The notes below the pieces were generated by a model. The model was not told the DNA's origin, did not search any database, and worked only from the letters and a program-made list of their open reading frames with translations. The position numbers were made by a program, and so were the translations under genes. Shown here piece by piece: positions 20,224-31,698 of a DNA stretch of 64,000 nt (position 1 is the first letter of the stretch; each line of letters opens with the position of its first letter). The DNA comes from an uncultured Actinomycetota bacterium (GTDB lineage Bacteria; Actinomycetota; Humimicrobiia; Humimicrobiales; Humimicrobiaceae): the NCBI GenBank assembly GCA_964595565.1, contig CAZQQX010000006.1, forward strand, positions 2,817 to 66,816. The letters run 5' to 3'.

Positions 20224-21334
20224 TTATCTCATTGGACATAATTTTTACACTTGGATGAATTTTTATTCCATCCTTTATAACACTTTTTGAACCTATAACA
20301 GCCTTTTCCAGAATTGATGCTTTATCTTTTATCTTCGCATTATATCCTATAATAGCACCAATCAGAGACGCGTCTTTTCCTATGTAACCGCTACCCCATT
20401 TTATACCTCTGTACAGCACTGCCCTTTCATCTACCATCGTATTATTGCCAAGAATTATGGGGCCAAAAAGCTTTGCATCTTTTTTTATGGTGCAGTTATC
20501 TCCAATACACACCGGCGGGATTATTATTACCCCTTCCTGAATCTTACAATTTTTTCCTATCCAGACACCTTCCTTTATTCTTTTCCCGGGAATGCTCACA
20601 TTCACTTTGCCTTCAAGAGCATCAAAATTCCCCTGCTGGTATTCGTCCAGACTTCCTACATCGTTCCAGTATTGCCTGTGCTGATACCCATAATATGTAA
20701 CATCCTTATCCAGAAGATAGGGAAAAACATTTTTACCAAAATCACAGAACTTACCCCCCGGAGGCATATAATTAAATATATCCGGCTCAAAAAAATATAT
20801 TCCACTATTTGCCAGATTTGATTCAGCTTCGCCACTCAACGGTTTTTCCTGAAACCCCTTTATTTGATTATTTTCGTCAATTATCACTACTCCATATTGA
20901 GAGGTGTCACCAACTTCAGTTAGCACCATGGTAGCAATACCTTCATTTTTTTTGTGAAATTTCAGTGCATCTTTTAAATCTATATCAGTCAGAGCATCTC
21001 CGCTTATAACCAGAAACGTATTATTCTCAAAAAAATCCTGCACATTTTTTACTCCCCCTGCAGTACCCAGAAGTTCTTTTTCATAGGAATACACTATGTT
21101 CACGCCCCACCTTGAACCATCACCAAAATAGTTCCGTATCTCATCCGGATACCAGTGAAGATTGCAGACAATATCCGTAAAACCATGCCGCGCCAGAAGT
21201 CTAACAATATGTTCCATAACCGGTCTATTTACTATTGGAGCCATTGGCTTTGATATCAGGTCAGTAAGCGGTCTCAATCTTGTCCCGAGACCGGCAGCAA
21301 GTATCATAGCCTTGTTTTTTTTCACTTTTATCAA
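20189..21334 (-). CDS. sugar-1-phosphate nucleotidyltransferase with C-terminal left-handed beta-helix (NDP-sugar pyrophosphorylase)
   Basis: N-terminal ILAAGLGTRLRPLT nucleotidyltransferase motif and hexapeptide repeats at the C-terminus. Confidence 0.7.
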   Translation of the reverse strand: MIKVKKNKAMILAAGLGTRLRPLTDLISKPMAPIVNRPVMEHIVRLLARHGFTDIVCNLHWYPDEIRNYFGDGSRWGVNIVYSYEKELLGTAGGVKNVQDFFENNTFLVISGDALTDIDLKDALKFHKKNEGIATMVLTEVGDTSQYGVVIIDENNQIKGFQEKPLSGEAESNLANSGIYFFEPDIFNYMPPGGKFCDFGKNVFPYLLDKDVTYYGYQHRQYWNDVGSLDEYQQGNFDALEGKVNVSIPGKRIKEGVWIGKNCKIQEGVIIIPPVCIGDNCTIKKDAKLFGPIILGNNTMVDERAVLYRGIKWGSGYIGKDASLIGAIIGYNAKIKDKASILEKAVIGSKSVIKDGIKIHPSVKIMSNEIIDIDKKNSEED

Positions 21335-22446
21335 ACACCACTTTCTATGTTTAAATTTTTATTTCCAAAAATTTTAATAAACTTATCCTTATAAGGCGGA
21401 TATATCAAGCCTCTCTCTGTAATTATAGCAGTTACGTTATCAGCCGGTGTAACATCAAAAGCCGGATTCTTTACCGGCATAAATTCCGGAATTATAGTTT
21501 TTCCTGAAATTTCTCTTACTTCTCTTTCGTCCCTCTGCTCTATAGGAATATCATCTCCGGTCTTTATTTTTATATCAATCGTTGAAATTGGAGCGGCTAC
21601 ATAAAAGGGTATGTGGTAAAAACGGGCAAGGATGGATAAACTCAGGGTACCTATTTTATTTGCGGTATCTCCATTCAATGCTATTCTATCCGCACCAACT
21701 ATCACAGCATCAACCTCTTTTTTTGACATAAAATATCCTGCCATGCTGTCAGATATGATAAAAAAGGGGATTTCTTCCTGATAAAGTTCCCATGAAGTCA
21801 GTCTTGCTCCCTGGAGAAATGGCCTGGTCTCGTCCACTATTACACTGGCCAGCCTGCCCTCTTTGTTTAAACTTTTTATCACTCCAATGGCAGTGCCATA
21901 TCCCGAAGTAGCAAGCGCTCCCGCATTGCAATGAGTAAGAATCTTAATTTTTTTACCCGTTTCTTTAAAAATTTTTATACCGTTCCTGCTCAGCTTAAAA
22001 TTTATTTCTAAATCCTCCCTTTCAATTTCTCTGGCTTCTTCAATCACTTTTTCTCTGGTCTCATCAATTCCGAGGCCAACATGTCTGGACAGCGCGCCTC
22101 TCATCCTATCCAGTGCCCAGAATAGATTTGCGGCTGTAGGCCTGGTTTCCTCAAGTATTTTTAGACTTTTATTTATATAACTTTTAAATTCTTTCTTACT
22201 CTTACCCCCATACCTTAACGCTGCCAGCGCAACGCCATAAGCAGCGGCAACACCTATTGCCGGAGCTCCCCTTACAACCATATCCTTTATAGCTCTGGCA
22301 ACATTCTCAGCCGAGCGGCAGTTTATGTATGTTTCTCTAAAAGGAAGTTTTCTCTGGTCCACCAGTTTTAAAACATTATTTTCCCATATGAGGGTTTTTA
22401 CCCTGCTCTGTGCTTCACTGTTAGAAATTAAGTCCCGATCTCCCAT
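21331..22446 (-). CDS. mtnA: S-methyl-5-thioribose-1-phosphate isomerase (eIF-2B alpha/beta/delta family)
   Basis: LVDQRKLP...[14 protein letters not shown]... matches the MtnA/eIF2B-like family. Confidence 0.7.
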   Translation of the reverse strand: MGDRDLISNSEAQSRVKTLIWENNVLKLVDQRKLPFRETYINCRSAENVARAIKDMVVRGAPAIGVAAAYGVALAALRYGGKSKKEFKSYINKSLKILEETRPTAANLFWALDRMRGALSRHVGLGIDETREKVIEEAREIEREDLEINFKLSRNGIKIFKETGKKIKILTHCNAGALATSGYGTAIGVIKSLNKEGRLASVIVDETRPFLQGARLTSWELYQEEIPFFIISDSMAGYFMSKKEVDAVIVGADRIALNGDTANKIGTLSLSILARFYHIPFYVAAPISTIDIKIKTGDDIPIEQRDEREVREISGKTIIPEFMPVKNPAFDVTPADNVTAIITERGLIYPPYKDKFIKIFGNKNLNIESGV

Positions 22447-23684
22447 GAGTTAAGATATTCCTCCTGTTCACTGGTTAATCTGTCTATTTTAACTCCCATG
22501 CTTTTAAGTTTTAGCTCAGCTATTTTTTTATCAATTTCCTCAGGAACCGGGTAAACCTTTTTTGAAAGTTTTTCGCTATTTTCAAATATGTACCTTGCGC
22601 TTAAAGACTGATTTGCAAAACTCATATCCATAACACTCGCCGGATGGCCCTCGGCAGCACTGAGATTTACCAGCCTTCCCTCCGCAAGCACATATATCCT
22701 CCTGCCGTCATTCATTAAATATTCTTCAACAAAAGGTCTTACTTTTCTTTTTGACTTACTGTTCGCATTCAAATACTTTAAATCAATCTCGACATCAAAA
22801 TGTCCCGCATTTGCCAGAATCGTATTGTCCCTGCAGTTCTTTATAATTTCCTTTCCTATGGCATTTTTATCCCCGGTTACCGAAAGAAAAATGTCTCCAA
22901 TCTTTGCTGCTTCTGTAGAGCTCATAACATCAAATCCATCCAGCCTGGCTTCCAGAGCCTTCAAAGGGTCCACTTCAAGTACAATCACCGACGCACCCAT
23001 ACCCTTTGCTCTTGCAGCCACACCCCTGCCGCACCAGCCATAGCCAGCCACTACGAACTTTCTACCTGCCAGCAATATATTCGTTGCCCTCAAAATCCCA
23101 TCAATCGTACTCTGCCCGGTCCCGTAACGATTGTCAAAAAAATGTTTTGTCCTTGCGTCATTTACAGCAATTATCGGGTAATAAAGAACCCCCTTTTTCT
23201 CCATGCTCTTAAGTCTTATAACTCCGGTGGTGGTTTCTTCTGTTCCCCCGTATACATCTTCCAGAAGTTCTTTCCTCTTGCTGTGAATGGTAGAGATTAA
23301 GTCTGCCCCGTCATCCATGGTAACCCGTGGTTTTGTATCAAGAACACTGTTTATATGACTGTAATATCTCTTATTATCCTCACCCTTCACTGCAAAAACT
23401 TTTATGCCAAAATCCTTTACCAGTGAAGCAGCAACATCGTCCTGTGTGCTCAGAGGATTGGAAGCGCATAAAGCAACTCTGGCACCCCCTGCTTTCAAAG
23501 TAATCATAAGATTCGCCGTTTCAGAAGTAACATGCAGACACGCTCCCACGATTAAATTCTTAAGAGGCTTTTTTTTTGAAAAATCTTCTCTTATTCCCCT
23601 TAGCACCGGCATCTCTATTGCCGCCCATTCTATCTTACTTTTACCATCTCCGGCCAGATTAATATCCTTTACATCAAATTCCAT
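22428..23684 (-). CDS. ahcY: adenosylhomocysteinase
   Basis: Full-length SAH hydrolase similarity including the NAD-binding GYGWCGRG motif. Confidence 0.9.
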   Translation of the reverse strand: MEFDVKDINLAGDGKSKIEWAAIEMPVLRGIREDFSKKKPLKNLIVGACLHVTSETANLMITLKAGGARVALCASNPLSTQDDVAASLVKDFGIKVFAVKGEDNKRYYSHINSVLDTKPRVTMDDGADLISTIHSKRKELLEDVYGGTEETTTGVIRLKSMEKKGVLYYPIIAVNDARTKHFFDNRYGTGQSTIDGILRATNILLAGRKFVVAGYGWCGRGVAARAKGMGASVIVLEVDPLKALEARLDGFDVMSSTEAAKIGDIFLSVTGDKNAIGKEIIKNCRDNTILANAGHFDVEIDLKYLNANSKSKRKVRPFVEEYLMNDGRRIYVLAEGRLVNLSAAEGHPASVMDMSFANQSLSARYIFENSEKLSKKVYPVPEEIDKKIAELKLKSMGVKIDRLTSEQEEYLNSWEIGT

Positions 23685-23729
23685 TAAACTTTCCTCTCCA
23701 GGCTTTTTGCCCTGTTACTTTTTCTTAAT

Positions 23730-24806
23730 TTATCTTTTATCCAGCTTTTTAAGTTCAGCTTTGAGTGATTCTATTTTTTCTACCGGACCGGGGTTAATCC
23801 CGTTAAGAAGTGCCAGATATACACTGGCTATATCCCCGAGATACATGGCCGACAATGCCTTTGCTAATTTTGACTTTCCTTCTACTGGTATTTCTATTAT
23901 CTTACCTGCATTTTTACTCACCAGGCTTAAAGTTACTTCTATGCGTGTTTTCATTCTTACCCATTCCGGCCTGTCTCTAAAAACCAGGATTACAAATTTT
24001 TTTGTAGTCTCTTTTAACCTCTCCCAGCCCACAGTTTCATTATGGTTTAATTCCGAAAATTCATTGCACCAGGAAGGGGTTTTTGAATTTTCATTTAGCT
24101 CACATTTTAACCTGTATGCAATGGTGCTCAATATGCCTTCTGCTCCGTATACTATAGGAAGATAATCTGAAATCTCCAGGGCTATTTTCTTCGCAGGGTT
24201 TTTACCGGATTCCACTTCCCTGTTATACAGGCCTGCCTTTTCCCTTATCAAATTTAGCGCTTCATCAATATCGCCGGAAGGTATGTTAACCAAATCTAAA
24301 TAAGCCATTGCAAGATAGGTAGGAAAGAATAAATAACCGATCGCACCTCTGGGCTGCATCCCTGATGGTATCTTTATTATAGTTTTATCGTTGACTCTGC
24401 CAATTTTTTCCAGCCTGCCGCCCGAACATATAATAACAATCTCACATCCACGCTCAAGTGCCTGATTGGTTGCAGATATTGTTTCTTCAGTATTTCCGGA
24501 GTAACTTATGGAAACGACCAGCCATCCTTTTTTTATAAATAAAGGCAGGCTATATCCTTTAACAATTTCTACCGGTATGTAAATATCATCCCTTATTAAG
24601 GCTTTGATAATATCCCCGGCGAATCCAGAACCTCCCATTCCCAGGAAAGCGATACCGGCAAATTTTTTATCTTTTACCTTTTTCAAATCTGCACTGTCCG
24701 CAATTTTTTTTGCTTCAACCAGCTGCCGGTAAAAATTTTCTTCAGCCTCAAGCATCCCTTCTGTATCAATTTCTCTGATTTTTTTTAGATTATCAAGAAC
24801 ATTCAT
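23730..24806 (-). CDS. bifunctional phosphoglucose/phosphomannose isomerase (SIS-domain, archaeal-type PGI/PMI)
   Basis: Two SIS-like halves (FLGMGGSGFAGD...; SYSGNTEET) characteristic of the PGI/PMI family. Confidence 0.7.
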   Translation of the reverse strand: MNVLDNLKKIREIDTEGMLEAEENFYRQLVEAKKIADSADLKKVKDKKFAGIAFLGMGGSGFAGDIIKALIRDDIYIPVEIVKGYSLPLFIKKGWLVVSISYSGNTEETISATNQALERGCEIVIICSGGRLEKIGRVNDKTIIKIPSGMQPRGAIGYLFFPTYLAMAYLDLVNIPSGDIDEALNLIREKAGLYNREVESGKNPAKKIALEISDYLPIVYGAEGILSTIAYRLKCELNENSKTPSWCNEFSELNHNETVGWERLKETTKKFVILVFRDRPEWVRMKTRIEVTLSLVSKNAGKIIEIPVEGKSKLAKALSAMYLGDIASVYLALLNGINPGPVEKIESLKAELKKLDKR

Positions 24807-24860
24807 AATACCTGCCTCTCTATAAACTTTCTTAAATTATTTTCCTGAAATTCTTTCTAA

Positions 24861-26306
24861 TTAAATTGCGCTATCAATTATTGCTTTGCCCAGTTTATGG
24901 AGATAATTTGTTTTCTCTTCACTGTCACCCTCTGCATATACTCTTACCACTGCTTCCGTTCCCGAGGGTCTTATCATCAGCCAGCTGCCGTCTTCCATAA
25001 TATATTTATACCCGTCCAGGGTAACAACATTCTTTACTCCGGCTTCCTTTAGTACACCGGGAATACCCTTTAGGGTAATAGCCTGGAGGTTCTTCTTCTG
25101 CTTTAAATCGGTCTCATAATCAATTCTGGTAAATACAAAATAACCAAATTCATTATAAATCTTCTCCAGAACCTGATTTACGGTCATACCCAGTGTGGAT
25201 AATATCTCCAGAAGTTTTAATCCCATCAGCATTCCATCTCTTTCAGGTATACTCCCTCCTGCCCACAGGCCACCGCTTTCTTCACCGCCCATGATAACTC
25301 CGCCTTTCATTATTTCCTCTACTATATACTTGAAGCCCACAGGAGTGGTGACGAGTTCCAGGTTATAACGGGCGCATATCTTATCAATTGTTGATGAAAG
25401 GTTCACAGACTTTACTACCTTACCCTTTATTTTCTTTACATGTGCCAGATACCATAAAATTATAGAATACAGGTGATGGGAACTAATATAATTGCCGTCT
25501 TCCCCGAGAGCCGCTATCCTGTCGCCATCACCATCCAGGCATATTGCTAATTTATAATCTTTATTTTTTAGAACCTCCCTGGCCTCATTCAGATTATCCC
25601 CGATAGGCTCCGGGTTTATGCCTCCAAAACCCGGGTTAAGAATTGAATGCATTTCATAAATATTTGCCCGGCTAATTGACTTGAGGATATCAATGAATAT
25701 GCCCCGGGAAGCGCCATACATCGGCTCCAGCAGCAAACTAAAATTCAAATCTTTTATAATATCTCTGTCTATCTGGCTTAAAATATTTTCCCTGTAGGCG
25801 GACAAAAAATCAAATCCCTTTATATCAACATCATCTTCACCCTCAAAGTTTAAAGATTTCTCATATCTTGCAATGTTCCCCATAACTTCGTCTAATTCCA
25901 CTTCTATTCCCTTTATTATATCCATGGTAGCCGAGCTGCCAAAAGAACCTTTTATTTTATAGCCATTATAATAATAAGGATTGTGGCTGGCAGTAATCAT
26001 AACTCCCAGGTCAGCTTTTTTATTAACTACTGCATAAGATAAAACCGGAGTGGGTATGATTCTCTCTGAAAGATATGTTTCTATGTTATTCATGGTAAAA
26101 ACACCTGCCGCCGTCCGTGCAAATTGATCCGAAAGAAACCTGGTATCATATCCCAGCACCACGCGCGGCTTCCTTCTGCCGCCAGACTTTTTATTAAGAT
26201 AATTGCTTACAGCCCGGGATACAATTTTTACTCCCCGGAAAGTGAACCTTTCAGCTATTATCCCCCGCCAGCCATCTGTTCCAAACTGTATATTTATTTC
26301 ATTCAT
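24861..26306 (-). CDS. phosphomannomutase/phosphoglucomutase
   Basis: TASHNP active-site serine loop, GTDGWRG start and DGDGDR metal-binding loop. Confidence 0.85.
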   Translation of the reverse strand: MNEINIQFGTDGWRGIIAERFTFRGVKIVSRAVSNYLNKKSGGRRKPRVVLGYDTRFLSDQFARTAAGVFTMNNIETYLSERIIPTPVLSYAVVNKKADLGVMITASHNPYYYNGYKIKGSFGSSATMDIIKGIEVELDEVMGNIARYEKSLNFEGEDDVDIKGFDFLSAYRENILSQIDRDIIKDLNFSLLLEPMYGASRGIFIDILKSISRANIYEMHSILNPGFGGINPEPIGDNLNEAREVLKNKDYKLAICLDGDGDRIAALGEDGNYISSHHLYSIILWYLAHVKKIKGKVVKSVNLSSTIDKICARYNLELVTTPVGFKYIVEEIMKGGVIMGGEESGGLWAGGSIPERDGMLMGLKLLEILSTLGMTVNQVLEKIYNEFGYFVFTRIDYETDLKQKKNLQAITLKGIPGVLKEAGVKNVVTLDGYKYIMEDGSWLMIRPSGTEAVVRVYAEGDSEEKTNYLHKLGKAIIDSAI

Positions 26307-26345
26307 AACCCAAAACTTACTTATTAATTATTTATCAATTTATTA

Positions 26346-27311
26346 TTAAATTAGCTTTTTTAAATTATTATAATCATATTCCACCATAATCTTTACCAGC
26401 TGCTCAAACTTCGTTTTTTGTTTCCATCCCAGTTTTTCTCTTGCTTTCGTGGAATCTCCCACCAGAAGTTCTACATCAGCCGGCCGCATAAATCTTTTAT
26501 CAACCTTTACATACTTCTCCCATTCAAGGTCAAGGTACTGAAAAGAAAGCTTTACCCACTCTTTCACCGAATGCGTCTCTCCGGTACTTATAACATAATC
26601 TCCGGGCTCATCCTGCTGGAGCATGAGCCACATTGCTTCAATATAGTCCTCTGCATAACCCCAGTCCCTCTTAGCATCCAGATTCCCGAGCAGCAGTTCA
26701 TCGGCCAGCCCCAGCTTTATTCTGGCCGCTCCACTGGTTACTTTTTTGGTAACAAATTCAAGCCCGCGCCTGGGTGATTCATGATTAAAAAGTATACCAC
26801 TACAGGCGAACATATCATAACTTTCCCTGTAATTAACAGTCATGTAATGACCGTAAACCTTGGCTACCCCGTAAGGACTGCGGGGATAAAAAGGAGTTTT
26901 TTCGTTCTGGGGCACTTCGCGCACCTTTCCAAACATTTCTGAGCTGGAAGCCTGATAAAATTTTATCTTCCTGTTCATGTGCCTCACCGCTTCCAGCATT
27001 CTTGTTACCCCCAGTCCCGTAAATTCTCCGGTCAGCACCGGCTGCTTCCATGATGTCGGCACAAATGACATCGCAGCAAGATTATAAATTTCATCAGGCT
27101 GCGATTCTTTTATAGCATCTATTATGGACAGCTGGTCAAGGAGGTCAGCCTGTACAAATTTTATCCTGTCCTTTATATGATTTATCCTCTCAAAATTTTC
27201 CACCGAGGAACGCCTTATCATGCCATAAATTTCATAACCCCTGTCAAGCAGGAACTCTGCCAGATAAGAGCCATCCTGACCTGTAATTCCTGTTATAAGT
27301 GTTTTTACCAT
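26346..27311 (-). CDS. gmd: GDP-mannose 4,6-dehydratase
   Basis: [36 protein letters not shown] is an almost canonical Gmd N-terminus; ATG at 27311 with an upstream GGAGG (the ORF track begins at an upstream TTG at 27335). Confidence 0.9.
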   Translation of the reverse strand: MVKTLITGITGQDGSYLAEFLLDRGYEIYGMIRRSSVENFERINHIKDRIKFVQADLLDQLSIIDAIKESQPDEIYNLAAMSFVPTSWKQPVLTGEFTGLGVTRMLEAVRHMNRKIKFYQASSSEMFGKVREVPQNEKTPFYPRSPYGVAKVYGHYMTVNYRESYDMFACSGILFNHESPRRGLEFVTKKVTSGAARIKLGLADELLLGNLDAKRDWGYAEDYIEAMWLMLQQDEPGDYVISTGETHSVKEWVKLSFQYLDLEWEKYVKVDKRFMRPADVELLVGDSTKAREKLGWKQKTKFEQLVKIMVEYDYNNLKKLI

Positions 27312-27376
27312 TATTTCTCCCCTGCCTCCACTCAATTTAAAAAAATTTTACGCTAATTAAATAGCCGGATTCTGAT

Positions 27377-28492
27377 TTAGAAAGTAATCTGGCCTTCCAT
27401 AATATCAGAATTTATACCAATCCTGATACCATTCTTTAATATGTTATTTCCCCTTATAATGCTATTATCTCCAATAACCGAATAGTCTTCAATAATTACG
27501 TTATCTCTTACGCTCACATTATTAGAAATTATAGCTTTCTTTATGTGATTCCCCCTGCCTATCTTACAATTATTGAATATCACACTTTCAGATATCTCTG
27601 TCCCTCCTGATATCAAGCAGCTATCCCCAATTACGCCAAGGGGTAATATTCTGGCATTTTTATCTATTTTTGTGTTCTCACCGATAACTATCGGCCCGGA
27701 GATAAAATTACTTTTTGAATACTCCGTATTCTTACCTATATATATATTCTCCATTACTTCTTCACCGGGGAACTTAAAATCTATTTTTTTAAGCAGAACG
27801 TCCAGGTTGGCCGTTAAATATTTCATGGGTGTCCCAACGTCAATCCAGTAAGAATTAAAAATATAGCCGAAGATTTTATAACCCTTTTTCAGAACTTCAG
27901 GGAATAGCTGCCTTTCAAAGGAATATCTTTCGCATTCCGGTACAAGTTTCATTACATGGGGCTCTATAATATATATCCCTGCATTAATTAAATCAGTTAT
28001 AATTTCATCCTGCCCCGGTTTTTCCAGAAATTTCGATACCTTCCCTTCACCATCAACAGGCACAAGGCCGTATGCCGAAGGGTCTTCAACAGGTGTCAGA
28101 GATATGGTTATATCTGCTTCTTTCTCTCTATGAAAGGCTACCATATCAGTCAGATTAACAGACGAAAGTATATCACCGTTAAATACCATAAAACTATCAT
28201 TATCTAAATATTTCTCTACATTTTTAACCCCTCCACAGGTATCAAGTGGCTCTTTTTCCTCAACAAATGTAATTCTTACTCCAAATCTCTCCCCATTTCC
28301 AAAGTAATTTTTAAAAACCTCTGACATGTAACCGGCAGAGAAAATTATATCTTTTATACCATGGGATTTAATCCATAGAACAAAATTTTCCATAAAAGGT
28401 CTGTTGACAAGCGGAAGCATGGGTTTTGGGTTCAGAAAAGTAATCGGGCGCAATCTCGTCCCTTCACCCCCTACCAGTATCACTGCTTTCAA
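27377..28492 (-). CDS. mannose-1-phosphate guanylyltransferase-like NDP-sugar pyrophosphorylase with beta-helix C-terminus
   Basis: MKAVILVGGEGTRLRPITFLNPKPMLPL nucleotidyltransferase motif; a paralogue of 20189..21334. Confidence 0.7.
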   Translation of the reverse strand: MKAVILVGGEGTRLRPITFLNPKPMLPLVNRPFMENFVLWIKSHGIKDIIFSAGYMSEVFKNYFGNGERFGVRITFVEEKEPLDTCGGVKNVEKYLDNDSFMVFNGDILSSVNLTDMVAFHREKEADITISLTPVEDPSAYGLVPVDGEGKVSKFLEKPGQDEIITDLINAGIYIIEPHVMKLVPECERYSFERQLFPEVLKKGYKIFGYIFNSYWIDVGTPMKYLTANLDVLLKKIDFKFPGEEVMENIYIGKNTEYSKSNFISGPIVIGENTKIDKNARILPLGVIGDSCLISGGTEISESVIFNNCKIGRGNHIKKAIISNNVSVRDNVIIEDYSVIGDNSIIRGNNILKNGIRIGINSDIMEGQITF

Positions 28493-28520
28493 TTTAGCCC
28501 CTTTCCAGTTTTATTTTAAT

Positions 28521-29480
28521 TTACAGATTAAGTTTTTGTCTCCAATAGTAAAGCGTATCCTCAAGTGATTCTTTAATAGAATAATCCCGGGTCCATCCCG
28601 TATGGGTTTTTAATTTATTATTATTACCATATATTATTTTAACATCAATCGCCCTGAATTTTATTCTGTCAATTTCAACTCTTATTTCCTTTATTTTACT
28701 CATAGATATAAGTATATCCAGTATATCAGATATTTTTCTCTTTTCTCCCGAACAGACATTGTAAACCTGCCCGCAGGTACCTTTATTTACAATGTAATAA
28801 TACGCTTTAACAGCATCCCTCACATCCAGGAAGTCCCTGTAAACATCAATGTTGCCCACTTTTATTACCGGAGGTCTATCTCCTTTTTCAATCAAGGCTA
28901 TCTGCCTTGCAAAATCCGAAGCAACAAATTTCTCAGATTGCCCGGGCCCGATATGGTTAAATGACCTGCTTATAAATACCGGAAGCCCGTATGCTTTAAA
29001 ATACACAGAGGAAAAAAAATCCAGCGCCGATTTACTTATGGCATAGGGATTCTGGGGATAAATCATGTAATTCTCGTCAATTGCTCTGTCCTCTCCTTCA
29101 GTTTCACCATATTCTTCAGCGGTACACACCACAAGAATTCTGCAGTTGTGACAAAAATTCCTCATACCCTCTAAAATATTTATACTCCCAAAAACATTAA
29201 TCCGGAAAGTTTCCACCGGGTTTTCCCAGGAATGGCTCACGGAACTCTGGGCCGCCAGGTGATACACCTGGTCCGGCTTAAATTTTTTAATGACATTGAA
29301 AACTTTCTGTCTGTCTGTCAGGCCCACCTTTTCAAGCTCTACTTTTTGACCATAATTATCTGGATTGAAATCCTTAAAATCATGATCGACACCTATAATC
29401 TTATTATTATCATCACCGGCCAGATATGAGCAGAGATGCCTCCCAACAAATCCTGCAACACCGGTTATTAGAATTTTCAA
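28521..29480 (-). CDS. NAD-dependent epimerase/dehydratase (SDR); a GDP-4-keto-6-deoxy-D-mannose reductase-like enzyme is plausible from context
   Basis: ILITGVAGFVGRHL Rossmann motif and a YxxxK catalytic region; adjacent to gmd and the GDP-mannose pyrophosphorylase. Confidence 0.65.
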   Translation of the reverse strand: MKILITGVAGFVGRHLCSYLAGDDNNKIIGVDHDFKDFNPDNYGQKVELEKVGLTDRQKVFNVIKKFKPDQVYHLAAQSSVSHSWENPVETFRINVFGSINILEGMRNFCHNCRILVVCTAEEYGETEGEDRAIDENYMIYPQNPYAISKSALDFFSSVYFKAYGLPVFISRSFNHIGPGQSEKFVASDFARQIALIEKGDRPPVIKVGNIDVYRDFLDVRDAVKAYYYIVNKGTCGQVYNVCSGEKRKISDILDILISMSKIKEIRVEIDRIKFRAIDVKIIYGNNNKLKTHTGWTRDYSIKESLEDTLYYWRQKLNL

Positions 29481-29589
29481 AAGTTTTTCTCCTGTATTAA
29501 TTTAGGTTTAGTGATTATTTTAATATAAAATCCCAAATTTAAAAAACCCGAACCTGTCAAATTCCATAAAAACAAATGAAGCCCCACCT

Positions 29590-30492
29590 TTAAAAGCGTA
29601 TTTTTTTTATCTTTGAAAAGAAACTTTTCAAAATGGAAAGAAATAACCTGAACCCGAGAATCAATATAAGCAGGGGCATTAAAATAACCCGCCAGTTTCT
29701 TCTATAATTTTTCCAGAAAAAATGAAATACGCTTCTCTGCATCCTGAAACTTGATTTTATTTTCCCGCTGCCACTGCTCCCTGCAATATGATGCATTATT
29801 TTAGCATCGGGGCAGTAGTAGACCTCCCAGTTCTTCTGCCACATCCTGTAACAGATATCCAGGTCCTCCACATACATAAAATATCTTTCATCAAGGAGAC
29901 CGGTTTCATTTAAAGCTTCTCTTCTTATAATCATGCATGACCCTGAAACCCAGTCTACTTTAAAGGGCCTGTCTCTGGATACTCCGGCAAGCTTGTAACT
30001 TTTTGAAAAGGGATTCTGCGGAAAAACATCTCCCAGTATAGTGTGAAGAGCCGCATTAAATATAGAGGGAAACTTCCTGCATGATAATTGAATGGTTCCG
30101 TCACTATTTATTATTTTCGGTCCGGCAATTCCAACTGTGGGATTTTTTTCCATAAATCCTACCAGGTTGTCCAGTGATTTTTCATAAACCCTGCAGTCGC
30201 TGTTCATAAGAAGGATATGTTTTGAGTTTGTTTTTTTTACGGCTATATTATTTGCGGCAGCAAACCCGGTATTTCTGGTGTTTGATATAAGTTTTATCCC
30301 GGAATAATTCTTTTTTATATATTCAGAAGTTCCATCTATGGAAGCATTGTCCACCACTATAACCTCATAATCTACTGAAGGAGGGTTTTTAAGAATCGAT
30401 TCGAGACACTCTTTCAGGAAATCAAAGCTATTATAGCTTACAATGCTTATAGTTAAATCTTTAGTTTTTTTGTCTTTATTAAATTGCAGCAT
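29590..30492 (-). CDS. family-2 glycosyltransferase
   Basis: LTISIVSYNSFDFLKECLESI...VVDNASIDGTSEY GT-A fold DxD region. Confidence 0.8.
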   Translation of the reverse strand: MLQFNKDKKTKDLTISIVSYNSFDFLKECLESILKNPPSVDYEVIVVDNASIDGTSEYIKKNYSGIKLISNTRNTGFAAANNIAVKKTNSKHILLMNSDCRVYEKSLDNLVGFMEKNPTVGIAGPKIINSDGTIQLSCRKFPSIFNAALHTILGDVFPQNPFSKSYKLAGVSRDRPFKVDWVSGSCMIIRREALNETGLLDERYFMYVEDLDICYRMWQKNWEVYYCPDAKIMHHIAGSSGSGKIKSSFRMQRSVFHFFWKNYRRNWRVILMPLLILILGFRLFLSILKSFFSKIKKIRF

Positions 30493-30802
30493 TTTTTCTC
30501 TTGTTTATTAATAAAATCTCTGGTTTAAGCAGTAACTGATAACATAAATCTACTACAAATTATATTATTTTAATATCATATCCAAAAAGAATAAACAGAA
30601 ATTCTCTGCTTCATAGTAATTTATTCATCTTATAGTTAATATTGAAACCAATATAGTATACCGGTTCCATGGAGCCAGATAATAAAAAACTTTTATCTCA
30701 TGTATATTTTATAGTTCTGGAACACATAACTCCATTTTTTATATATATTTGGAATTGTTAATTCCATTTTACAACATATTTTTTTTGAGATAGTGGAACG
30801 CC

Positions 30803-31618
30803 CTATAATAATTTTAGTGTTTTGTTTACATCTAAAGCAAAACTTTCCACTGCATTTATGCCTTCTTTAAACCTATCTGCCTCCAGGATAAGGGATAAGA
30901 TTTTGCTTCCTATAATAATCCCGTCACAGTAATCTTTTACCCGGTTAATTTGCTGACTGTTTGAGAGCCCAAAACCCAGTGCAAGTGGAAGTTCTGTTAT
31001 CTTTCTTAAATCCTTTAAAAATTTTATAACTTCCGGATTTACATTACTTCTAACACCGGTTACTCCCTTAACTGATACACAGTAAATAAAACCTCTTGCT
31101 TTTTCCGTAACCACTTTAAGCCTTTCTTTGCCCGAGGTCAGGGAAGCAAACATAATATTATCAATATCTGCTTTTCCAAAATAACTCTTGTAATTATTAA
31201 ATTCCTCCAGGGAAAGATCGGGCACTATAATACCATTTACCCCCGAATCTCCTGCCTTTTTTAAAAACTTTTCTACCCCATACCGGTATATGGTATTAAA
31301 GTAGGTCATAATTGCTATCGGGGTATTGCTTTTCTTTCTTATTCTGGTTACAGATTTAAAAACAGTATCTGTATTTATCCCATTATCCAGTGCAATCTTT
31401 GAAGTAGCCTGGATAACCGGACCATCTGCCAGAGGGTCGGAGAAGGGAATACCTATCTCTATTATATCTGCCCCACTTCTGTCAAGGGCCTCAAATAATT
31501 CAAAAAAGTTTTTGCGGTCCGGAAACCCGCAGGTTATAAATGGGATGAAAGCCTTTTGATTATTTTTCCATAAATCTTCAAAGACTGCTTCTATAATGCT
31601 GGTGCCATTTTTATGCAT
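30803..31618 (-). CDS. trpA: tryptophan synthase alpha chain
   Basis: FIPFITCGFPD...ADIIEIGIPFSDPLADGPVIQ is conserved in TrpA. Confidence 0.9.
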   Translation of the reverse strand: MHKNGTSIIEAVFEDLWKNNQKAFIPFITCGFPDRKNFFELFEALDRSGADIIEIGIPFSDPLADGPVIQATSKIALDNGINTDTVFKSVTRIRKKSNTPIAIMTYFNTIYRYGVEKFLKKAGDSGVNGIIVPDLSLEEFNNYKSYFGKADIDNIMFASLTSGKERLKVVTEKARGFIYCVSVKGVTGVRSNVNPEVIKFLKDLRKITELPLALGFGLSNSQQINRVKDYCDGIIIGSKILSLILEADRFKEGINAVESFALDVNKTLKLL

Positions 31619-31698
31619 AACACACTCCAGACATAAGCCGGAATATCCAGAGAATATCCCGGATTAATAGTTTTCTTTTTTTTGGTATTTTTAAAAAA

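Noticed and set aside
30728-30775. Two similar GGAA-N4-TAA(C/T)TCCATTTT motifs and a GGAATTgttAATTCC palindrome downstream of trpA
   Set aside because: Short, AT-rich, and easily arising by chance; no U-tract in the correct orientation for a trpA terminator. Kept as unexplained
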